The position numbers were made by a program, and so were the translations under genes. Shown in pieces: positions 26,518 through 34,411 of a stretch of 34,411 nucleotides of DNA. Each line of letters starts with the position of its first letter. Within the stretch, counting starts at the first letter, position 1. Source of the stretch: a virus (taxonomy: Duplodnaviria; Caudoviricetes); IMG/VR virus record IMGVR_UViG_3300032227_000671, positions 1 through 34,411 of that record, one strand, 5' to 3'. The notes beneath the pieces were generated by a model. The model made no database searches, was not told the origin of the DNA, and saw only the letters and a list, made by a program, of their open reading frames with translations.

Positions 26518-29500
26518 ATGCAAGATTACTTCAAGCCAAGAGGGCCTATAAAGTCAAGCAAACCTGATGCAGGTAAGGCTAATATAAGATCGGTTCCTGT
26601 TTTTGGCGTGGTTAAAGATAACGTTGACCCAGTTAGAATGGGTCGAATTCAGGTATATTTACTTGATATGAACGGTGAAGATCAGGATGATGCCGATAGT
26701 TGGATAACTGTTGGACAGCTTCCTAACTTTTATGGTTATACTGCACCTAGGGCCAGTAAGGAACCCGATGATTTTGGTACTTATGAAAGAAATCCTCATT
26801 CATATGGTGTATGGCAAAGTCCTCCTGATATAGGAACAGTAGTTATATGTATGTTTGTAAATGGTGATACTAACTTTGGTTACTATATGGGTAGTGATAT
26901 TAATCCTGATGCATTACACATGGTTCCGGCTATTGGTTCTTCAACAAATGTAGTTTTAAGTAGTGCTGAATCATCTAGCTATGGAGGTGCTACTACCTTA
27001 CCTGTAACTAATATTAATCCTAATAATCCCAAATCAAATAATCCGGATTATTTTACTATGGCGAAACCAGTTCATTCTTACATCGCTGCTCGTATGAACC
27101 AACAAGGTATTATTAGAGATCCTATTAGGGGACCTATTGGTTCTAGTGCTCAACGTGAATCACCTAGTAGAGTTGGTTGGGGAGTAAGTACTCCTGGTAG
27201 ACCTATATATGAAGGTAATTATACCGATGAATCTGTAGTTCAGGCAGCGTTAGCTGACAAGCCCGATGTAAAAGTTGTAGGTAGAAGAGGTGGTCATTCT
27301 ATAGTTATGGATGATGGAGACTGGGTTGGAAATGATCAGCTTATTCGGATCAGAACCGCATTGGGTCATCAAATCACGATGAGTGACAATGGTCAAACGC
27401 TAATGATCCTACACGCAAATGGTCAAAGTTACATTGAATTGGGCAAAGAGGGTACTATTGATATGTACAGTACCAATAGTGTGAATATTAGAACACAGGG
27501 AGATTTAAATTTACACGCAGATAATGATATTAATATAAACGCTGCTAAAAAACTAAACATTCAAGCCGATTCTATTACTGTAAATTCAGAAAAAGATTAT
27601 ACGTTGAGAGTTGGCGGCGATAGTATTCTACAAACTATAGGTAAATTTACACATAAAATTGGTGGAGCCATGAGCATGGCAGCTAGTGGGGTAGCTTCAT
27701 TTGCTAGCAGTGCGGTTACATACATTAATGGTTCTACTATAAATTTAAATACAGGTCAAACCAGTGTAATTCCAAAAGATGTTCCTGTTCCTACTAATGT
27801 GGCCCATACCGATACTTTGTATGACAAAGAAAAAGGCTTTTTAGCAGCTCCTGGCAAATTAATAAGTATAGTATCTAGGGCTCCTGCTCACGCACCGTGG
27901 GCTAGCGCAGGCCAAGGGGTTAATGTACCTACTACATTAAATGCAGATGCTCAACTTCCTGCCGCACCTAGCCCTAGTACCGCTGCAATTAATGCAACAG
28001 CCGATGCGAATCCCAGTGTACCTGTTAGTCCTGCTGCGGCTGCTACCGTGCCGGCAACACCTCCTATTAGTAAAGCTCTTGGAACTGGTGAAACTAAGGG
28101 CCTAATAGCAGCGGTTGCGACCAATGTGGCCAGTAGTGCCGCTGCAGGGGCAGCAGCCGCGGGTGGTGGAATAGTACCAACATTGCAAGGAAATATTCCT
28201 GTAGCGGGTAAATTGGCACAAACCCCGCAACAATTACAAAATGACGGTATTCTTAAACCCGGTGCTGCTGCATCAGCAATGGCTAATGCACAAAAAATTG
28301 GCGCTACAATAGCTAAAGTCTTACCACCAGCTCTATTTACAGGCAAAGCTGGTGCTGAAAATGTAACTGCTTTTGCCAGCAATATTACTGCTCAAGTCCA
28401 AACGGCGGCTAGAGGCTTAGGACAAGGTCAATCTGCACTAACACAAGCGGGAGTTATTACTGGTAATGAATCAGGAACTCAGATTGCAGGGTTAACCTTG
28501 GCTGCTGCTACTTCTGGATTAGCTGCAACTGTAAATGCTGTAGCTAGTGCCGGTGCTGCTGTAGTTAAAGGATTAGTTAACACTGGTCAAAATTTAGTTG
28601 CAGGTATAAAAGGGGCACTACCGTCTCTGCCTTCTTTGCCTTCTCTGCCAAATATCGGTGCAACTATTAATTCAGGTAATTTTGCAGCCAGTCTCGGTGC
28701 CTCCGGTGGGGCATTGGGAGCAATATCAGGATTTGCTAGTAAATTGGGTGGGGGAATTACTGGTATTCTTGACCAAGCTAAAGGTATAGCAGCAGGTGCG
28801 TTTAATTCAATTAAAAATGCTTTACCAAAATTAAAGGCAAATGTACCGCAAAATTTAAAAGCAATAACTGCTGCAAAAGCGGCTGAATCGGCTGCAGCCA
28901 GTGATAGCGAAGCCGTTGTTGCCGAAGATGGGTCTGTTAGTAACCTTAGAAGAAATACAGAGACTGGTGAATTGTATGACCCCGCGGGAAAGATACTCGC
29001 TACTAGATCCGCAGTGACGAATATTACCGGCGGAATAAGCTCAGCGATAGCTAGTGGTGTTGATATGATACCAGGGGGGCAAAATGCCATAGCATCAATA
29101 ACAAATTATTCAAGTAAGGTCGTTAAATCTATTCCTGGTGTAGGGGCTGTTAGGTCATTGTTGAATAACGCCAGCACCTCAGCCATTAATGGAATTTCTC
29201 TATCAAACTCTATATCAAGTGCGGCAAATTCAGTTACAGGAGCACTTGGTGGTGCAGCAGGAGCACTTAAAGGAGCACTTACTGGAGGACTTACAGGAGC
29301 ACTTGGTGGTGCAGCAGGAGCACTTAAAGGAGCACTTGGCGGCGCAGCAGGCGCACTTACTGGCGTACTTTCAGGTGGATTGGATAAAGTAAAATCTTTA
29401 GGGTTGACAACACTTGCAAAATTAGGATTACCTACCGCGGCTCTTGCAAAATTAGATTCTGCTATTTCAGGATTAAGCTCGGGTCTTGTGAAGGTAACTA

Positions 29501-29982
29501 CCCCTCAAGTAGGCGAAAATACTACTGATAGAGCGCAAATAGATTCTCAAACTAATGCATTAATAGGCGGCGCTCCCCCGCCAAACTTAACCGGAACTAT
29601 TTCAGAAGCAGCTACCGCTGCATTGAATACAGCAGAGGAAAAAAATAATAAAATAAATGATGTATTAAAACAAATCGACGACCTAATTATTGAGAGAGAT
29701 AAAGTTGAAAGCAATTTTACATCGCTGCAGGCTCAATACAGAGACTTAGCAAATTCTAGTCCGCAGGGAGATCCAAGAGTAGCTAGTGCTAGAAAGGCTG
29801 CATCTGATGCATTAGCAGAAGTTGAGTCTTTAAATGAAAAAATCTTAGCTTTAAGAAAGCAGCAGTATGCATTACAAGGAATAACTAGATCTATTAATAC
29901 TGGCAATCCCGCACGTGACAGGATTAGAGAACTACAAGGCGGTACTGCATCTGCAATTGACGCACTTAGAAGAAATTTATAA
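26518..29982 (+). CDS. Baseplate central spike (gp5/VgrG-like) with a long Ala/Gly-rich C-terminal extension
   Basis: GVVKDNVDP.RMGRIQV OB fold, PPDIGT.V, GHSIVMDD, IRTALGHQI and beta-helix repeats; no lysozyme motif seen. Confidence 0.8.
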   Translation: MQDYFKPRGPIKSSKPDAGKANIRSVPVFGVVKDNVDPVRMGRIQVYLLDMNGEDQDDADSWITVGQLPNFYGYTAPRASKEPDDFGTYERNPHSYGVWQSPPDIGTVVICMFVNGDTNFGYYMGSDINPDALHMVPAIGSSTNVVLSSAESSSYGGATTLPVTNINPNNPKSNNPDYFTMAKPVHSYIAARMNQQGIIRDPIRGPIGSSAQRESPSRVGWGVSTPGRPIYEGNYTDESVVQAALADKPDVKVVGRRGGHSIVMDDGDWVGNDQLIRIRTALGHQITMSDNGQTLMILHANGQSYIELGKEGTIDMYSTNSVNIRTQGDLNLHADNDININAAKKLNIQADSITVNSEKDYTLRVGGDSILQTIGKFTHKIGGAMSMAASGVASFASSAVTYINGSTINLNTGQTSVIPKDVPVPTNVAHTDTLYDKEKGFLAAPGKLISIVSRAPAHAPWASAGQGVNVPTTLNADAQLPAAPSPSTAAINATADANPSVPVSPAAAATVPATPPISKALGTGETKGLIAAVATNVASSAAAGAAAAGGGIVPTLQGNIPVAGKLAQTPQQLQNDGILKPGAAASAMANAQKIGATIAKVLPPALFTGKAGAENVTAFASNITAQVQTAARGLGQGQSALTQAGVITGNESGTQIAGLTLAAATSGLAATVNAVASAGAAVVKGLVNTGQNLVAGIKGALPSLPSLPSLPNIGATINSGNFAASLGASGGALGAISGFASKLGGGITGILDQAKGIAAGAFNSIKNALPKLKANVPQNLKAITAAKAAESAAASDSEAVVAEDGSVSNLRRNTETGELYDPAGKILATRSAVTNITGGISSAIASGVDMIPGGQNAIASITNYSSKVVKSIPGVGAVRSLLNNASTSAINGISLSNSISSAANSVTGALGGAAGALKGALTGGLTGALGGAAGALKGALGGAAGALTGVLSGGLDKVKSLGLTTLAKLGLPTAALAKLDSAISGLSSGLVKVTTPQVGENTTDRAQIDSQTNALIGGAPPPNLTGTISEAATAALNTAEEKNNKINDVLKQIDDLIIERDKVESNFTSLQAQYRDLANSSPQGDPRVASARKAASDALAEVESLNEKILALRKQQYALQGITRSINTGNPARDRIRELQGGTASAIDALRRNL
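29234..29362. repeat. 57 bp coding repeat (TGALGGAAGALKGAL)
   Basis: ttacaggagcacttggtggtgcagcaggagcacttaaaggagcactt at 29234 and 29291, plus a degenerate third copy. Confidence 0.85.
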
Positions 29983-30001
29983 GAGTAAGGAGTAATAAAT
30001 T

Positions 30002-30451
30002 ATGCCATCATACATTGGATTCAGTACAATTGGAGCGAATCAACCAAGAACCACTAACGCCGTCAATGGTACTGATGGGGGTGTAGGTGGGATTGTTAGA
30101 CCTGTTAACACCGGTAAAAAATATACCTTAGTAGATGTTCCCCTTGTAATTCAGGATTTTATCAACGCATTAAACATACAGCAGGGGCAAAAAGTAGGTC
30201 AACCTGCATATGGTACTACTCTTTGGTCTTATGTATTTGAACCAAATACGGCTGATGTTCAGTTTCAATTAGAAAACGAAATTAGAAGAGTTGCTAGCCT
30301 AGATCCTAGAATAATTTTAAACACAGTGGCAGCTTTTCCACAAGAGCTTGGTATATTAATAGAATTAGAAATAGCTATCGCTCCCTTTAATAATCCATTG
30401 GTATTAAGTGTGTTTTTTGACTCTAATACTAGCAGAGCAACTATTCAGTAA
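30002..30451 (+). CDS. gp25: Baseplate wedge subunit (gp25-like)
   Basis: QGQKVGQPAYGTTLWSYVFEP and DPRI motifs; AAGGAG RBS. Confidence 0.85.
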   Translation: MPSYIGFSTIGANQPRTTNAVNGTDGGVGGIVRPVNTGKKYTLVDVPLVIQDFINALNIQQGQKVGQPAYGTTLWSYVFEPNTADVQFQLENEIRRVASLDPRIILNTVAAFPQELGILIELEIAIAPFNNPLVLSVFFDSNTSRATIQ

Positions 30452-30482
30452 TTTACTTAAAAACCATGGTTTACAGGTTTGA

Positions 30483-30488
30483 TAAATA
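30483..30488 (+). promoter_or_regulatory. Late promoter GATAAATA
   Basis: 17 nt upstream of the gp6-like ATG. Confidence 0.55.
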
Positions 30489-30505
30489 CTTAAAAGAGAA
30501 AACGT

Positions 30506-33500
30506 ATGGCAACCAGCAGTAGACAATCGGCCTTATTTGGTATTAATGATTGGAAATCTATATACCAAACCTTTAGAGAAGCAGATTTTCGGTCTTATGA
30601 TTATGAAACATTACGCAAGAGTTTTGTAGATTACCTACGTACCTATTATCCTGAGACATTTAATGACTATATAGAAAGTAGTGAATTCATAGCATTATTA
30701 GATGTTATGGCTTTTATGGGCCAAGGTCTAGCTTTCCGCAATGATTTAAATACTAGAGAAAATTTTATTGATACTGCTGAACGTAGGGATTCAGTGGTAA
30801 AGCTTGCTAATTTAGTAAGTTATACTCCTAAAAGAAATTTGGCTGCAGAAGGATTTCTAAAGGTAACTAGTATTAATACCTCTGAAAATATCTCAGATTT
30901 GAATGGTATTAACTTGAGTAATTTAACTATACTTTGGAATGACCCAGCTAATCCAAATTGGTTAGAACAATATAATACTATCATTAATGCTACATTAATC
31001 AATACACAAAAAATTGGTCGCCCGGGCAATACCGCAGATTTGCTAGGCATTACCACCAGTGAGTATGCTGTAAATATACCTCAAGGTACTTTGCCAATAG
31101 CACCTTTTTCTTCTACAGTAGATGGATTAACTATGAATTTTGAACTTGTTAGTGTAACAAGTTTAGATGAAGATTATTTGTATGAGATTCCACCTGCTCC
31201 CTCAGGTAGATTCAACATGTTATATAGAAATGATAAATTGGGATTTGGTAGCCCAAATACAGGATATTTTTTCTATTTTAAACAAGGTATTTTACAAAAT
31301 TACGATTTTACACTACAGCAACAAATTTCAAATCAAGTAGTCAATATTGACATTCAGGGTGTTAATAATACAGATACTTGGTTATATCAACTAAGTCAAG
31401 CTAATGGCGGACTAAGTCCCTGGGTTCAAGTTGAAAACGTATATGCAAATGCATATCTACAAACAGCTTCTAGTGATAAAAGAATCTTTTCAGTAGGTTC
31501 AGGATTTAATGATGTAGTTAATTACAATTTTGGCGATGGAGTATTTTCAGCCATACCAGTTGGCAATTTCAGAGCATATGTACGTTCTTCTAATGGATTA
31601 ACATATACGATTGATCCTACCGAAATGCAGGGGCTATCAGTTGCGTTTTCTTATGTAAGTAGATTGAACAGAATTGAAACTTTAACAATTGGTTTACAAT
31701 TATCAACACCTGTTTCTAATGCTCAGGCTAGAGAGTCTTTACCACAAATTAAACTACGTGCCCCTACTCGCTACTATACACAAAATCGTATGGTCAATGG
31801 GGAAGATTACAATAATTTTCCTTATACTCTATACAGTTCTATTATTAAAAGTAAAGCGATTAATAGAAGTTCTATAGGTATTTCTAAAAATTTAGATTTG
31901 TTAGATCCAACAGGAAAATACAGTAGCTTAAATTCTTTTGCTAGCGACGGTGGATTATATTTAAACGATACTGATGGTAATTTAATCTTCACAGTAAATG
32001 ACATTAGCAATATTATTACCTTTTTAACAGATACTCTGGCATCTGAATTATTATTAAATAAAACAACTCAATATTATCTACAAAATTATACTAGATACAA
32101 TGTAAATACATCTACTCGTGATGGCATAGTATATTGGCAAACCAGTACAGTTGATGCCAATTCTTTAACTGGATACTACTACAATATTATTAATGGTGCT
32201 AATGTACCTATTCCAGTTGGAACTTTTTCAGGATTTAATGCAAAATATATTACTCCCGGCGCTCTTGTTAAATTTATTGCACCAACAGGGTATTACTTTG
32301 ACTCAAATAACAGATTGGTATCAGGGATCGCCGGACCATCTAATGCAACTTATTTTTGGACTAGTGTTTTAACTGTAGTTGGTGACGGTTTTAATCAAGG
32401 AGACGGGTCATTTTCAAACGGAACAGGTCCTGTTACTCTTAATGGTTATGTCCCGACAGGCGCTATTTTAACTCAAGTAATCCCTTCATTTAGCAATACA
32501 TTTAGTAACAATGTCATTCAAGAATGTATTACCAGAATAGGATTAGAGCAAAGTTTTTCTCTAGTCTTTAATAATAGTTTGAATATTATTCAAGACAGAT
32601 GGTCTGTTGCTGATTATAATGATCCTAGTTACTTTATTAATTTTTTAAGTTTAGGCAATAACAGATACTCAGTATCTTATAAATCTTTAATATATTATTT
32701 TGGTAGCGTAAATGACACTAGATTTTCTTTTGAAAGAGATAAGCTGGTTTATGACCCATTTACTGGTAAAATTCTACAAGATTTTATAAATGTTCTAGCT
32801 ACTAATACACAACCTAATTCAAATTTTCCGTTAGCTTCAAACGTTCAAGTAAACATTGTGGGTCAAACAGTATTGGCTGATGGATATATAGATGATTTTG
32901 AAGTTCAGGTATCTGCAACTGATATTAATAATAGACTTATTATTACTGATCCTGATTTCTTTAATACAGTAACAGGTTATGTAACAGGTGCTCAGAATTT
33001 TGGTATATACACTTTCTTTGAACTTATTCAAGATCCAATAAACTTAGCAAGACAACAACTTATTCCTACAGCAGATGTTGTTTATCAGTATCCCACACTG
33101 AATTCAATTGAAGTTATTAAGTATGATTATCCATTGGGTCAAATATTTTACGCTTATACAGATAATCTATTTTATACTAGTGTTCAGAGTACTACAGTAC
33201 CTACCCCGTATTACATATTAGTAGTACAACCTCAGTATTCAATGAAGCCTGGTAGACAAGGATTACAATTTCAATATAGACATAATTCTAACAACACAAC
33301 TAGAATTGATCCAGCTACAACTAATATTATAGATTTGTATGTTGTAACTCAAGCATATTATACAGCATATACGAATTATATTGTAGATACTACTAATACT
33401 GTACCTGAACCTCAAAGACCAACTATCAATGAGTTAAATCAGGCATATGGTCAAGTTAATGATTATAAAATGATCAGTGATTCTGTTATTTTAAACAGTG

Positions 33501-33877
33501 TAATATTTCAACCCTTGTTTGGACCAAAAGCACCTGAACAGTTAAGGGCTACTATTAAGGTAATCAAAACATCAAATACCAATGCCAGCGATAGTGAAAT
33601 TCGCAGTGCAGTATTAACAACAATGAATAATTACTTTAACATTAACAACTGGAATTTTGGTGACACCTTTTATTTTTCAGAACTAAGTGCTTATTTACAT
33701 TCAGAAATAGGTGATCTTATTAGTTCTGCTGTTTTAGTTCCTAACGATCCTACACTAAAATTTGGAGATTTGTACGAAATAAAATGTGCCCCTTATCAAA
33801 TTTTTGTTAATGCAGCAACATCAAATGATGTAATAGTAATCTCGGCTCTGACTCAAGTTCAGTTACAAACAAGATAA
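30506..33877 (+). CDS. gp6: Baseplate wedge subunit (gp6-like)
   Basis: YDYETLR, ENFIDTAERRDSVVKLA..VSY.P, FGDGVF..IP and QNRMVNGEDY motifs. Confidence 0.88.
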   Translation: MATSSRQSALFGINDWKSIYQTFREADFRSYDYETLRKSFVDYLRTYYPETFNDYIESSEFIALLDVMAFMGQGLAFRNDLNTRENFIDTAERRDSVVKLANLVSYTPKRNLAAEGFLKVTSINTSENISDLNGINLSNLTILWNDPANPNWLEQYNTIINATLINTQKIGRPGNTADLLGITTSEYAVNIPQGTLPIAPFSSTVDGLTMNFELVSVTSLDEDYLYEIPPAPSGRFNMLYRNDKLGFGSPNTGYFFYFKQGILQNYDFTLQQQISNQVVNIDIQGVNNTDTWLYQLSQANGGLSPWVQVENVYANAYLQTASSDKRIFSVGSGFNDVVNYNFGDGVFSAIPVGNFRAYVRSSNGLTYTIDPTEMQGLSVAFSYVSRLNRIETLTIGLQLSTPVSNAQARESLPQIKLRAPTRYYTQNRMVNGEDYNNFPYTLYSSIIKSKAINRSSIGISKNLDLLDPTGKYSSLNSFASDGGLYLNDTDGNLIFTVNDISNIITFLTDTLASELLLNKTTQYYLQNYTRYNVNTSTRDGIVYWQTSTVDANSLTGYYYNIINGANVPIPVGTFSGFNAKYITPGALVKFIAPTGYYFDSNNRLVSGIAGPSNATYFWTSVLTVVGDGFNQGDGSFSNGTGPVTLNGYVPTGAILTQVIPSFSNTFSNNVIQECITRIGLEQSFSLVFNNSLNIIQDRWSVADYNDPSYFINFLSLGNNRYSVSYKSLIYYFGSVNDTRFSFERDKLVYDPFTGKILQDFINVLATNTQPNSNFPLASNVQVNIVGQTVLADGYIDDFEVQVSATDINNRLIITDPDFFNTVTGYVTGAQNFGIYTFFELIQDPINLARQQLIPTADVVYQYPTLNSIEVIKYDYPLGQIFYAYTDNLFYTSVQSTTVPTPYYILVVQPQYSMKPGRQGLQFQYRHNSNNTTRIDPATTNIIDLYVVTQAYYTAYTNYIVDTTNTVPEPQRPTINELNQAYGQVNDYKMISDSVILNSVIFQPLFGPKAPEQLRATIKVIKTSNTNASDSEIRSAVLTTMNNYFNINNWNFGDTFYFSELSAYLHSEIGDLISSAVLVPNDPTLKFGDLYEIKCAPYQIFVNAATSNDVIVISALTQVQLQTR

Positions 33878-33884
33878 TTAAATT

Positions 33885-34411
33885 ATGGCCATAAAAATAA
33901 GAACTCTAAATTTTCTACCAGAGATATTTCAAACTCCAACCAATGCCCAATTCTTATCCGCCACACTTGATCAACTGGTTGCTCAACCTGATGTTGAAAG
34001 AATTCAGGGCTATATTGGTACTAGCGTTGGTTATGGTATCAATGCTAAAAATTATTATGTAACTGAACCAACCAAGGTTAGAACAGATTACCAACTTGAC
34101 CCTGGTGTTGTATTTAGAAAAACCGATCAAGATATTGCACAAGATTTTATAACCTATCCAGGCATATTAGATTCTCTTAAATTAGAAGGTGGGATAACAA
34201 ATAATAATAACCGACTTTTTAATAGTGAATTTTATTCTTGGGATTCCTTCACTAATTTAGACACAAATGTTAATTTTCATCAGTACTATTGGTTACCTGA
34301 AGGTCCTCCTCCAGTAGTAATAACATCCGGTATCGCATATTCTTCAGAGCAATACTATGTGATTGATGGTGCAATTTCCTATGAAATTACCACTGAGCCT
34401 GCAGGCACTTC
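33885..34411 (+). CDS. Partial structural protein (probably the next baseplate wedge subunit), truncated by the window end
   Basis: ATG 33885 gives MAIKIRTLNFLPEIFQTPTNAQFLSATLDQL... and the frame continues to VNFHQYYWLPEGP near the edge. Confidence 0.7.
   Translation, partial: MAIKIRTLNFLPEIFQTPTNAQFLSATLDQLVAQPDVERIQGYIGTSVGYGINAKNYYVTEPTKVRTDYQLDPGVVFRKTDQDIAQDFITYPGILDSLKLEGGITNNNNRLFNSEFYSWDSFTNLDTNVNFHQYYWLPEGPPPVVITSGIAYSSEQYYVIDGAISYEITTEPAGT

Noticed and set aside
4317-30472. ccatggt recurring in three spacers (~4317, ~16207, ~30464), including the palindrome aaaccatggttt
   Set aside because: Too short, and the contexts differ; cannot be distinguished from chance.
17208-34142. Short nested ORFs inside the endonuclease, gp46 and baseplate genes (e.g. 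27951-28382, 28587-29090)
   Set aside because: Shadow ORFs expected from Ala/Gly-biased coding on the opposite strand or in another frame.
1-34411. Stop-codon reassignment as in some large phages
   Set aside because: All core genes are full length in the standard code, and TAA, TGA and TAG all occur as stops.

Overview
A 34.4 kb, AT-rich, standard-code segment of a large T4-like myophage genome. Left to right it holds two paralogous Asn/Gly-rich tail-fibre-like genes (the first runs off the left edge), a head module (gp23 capsid, gp22 scaffold, gp21 protease, core proteins, gp20 portal), a tape-measure-like protein with an M15 peptidase domain, a divergent gp26/gp51-like pair, a ~0.5 kb structured non-coding region, an Hjc-like resolvase, gp46/gp47, a gp55-like late sigma factor and a baseplate module (gp48/54-, gp53-, gp27-, gp5-, gp25- and gp6-like, plus a partial gene). 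Two free-standing homing endonucleases (HNH, GIY-YIG) are inserted. The most notable signals are a candidate large structured ncRNA or origin at 16085-16580, a textbook -1 frameshift cassette joining the gp26-like ORF to the next ORF, widespread apparently leaderless transcripts, a structured leader on the GIY-YIG gene, and short peptide motifs shared between baseplate proteins. All calls come from reading motifs by eye; no searches were run.
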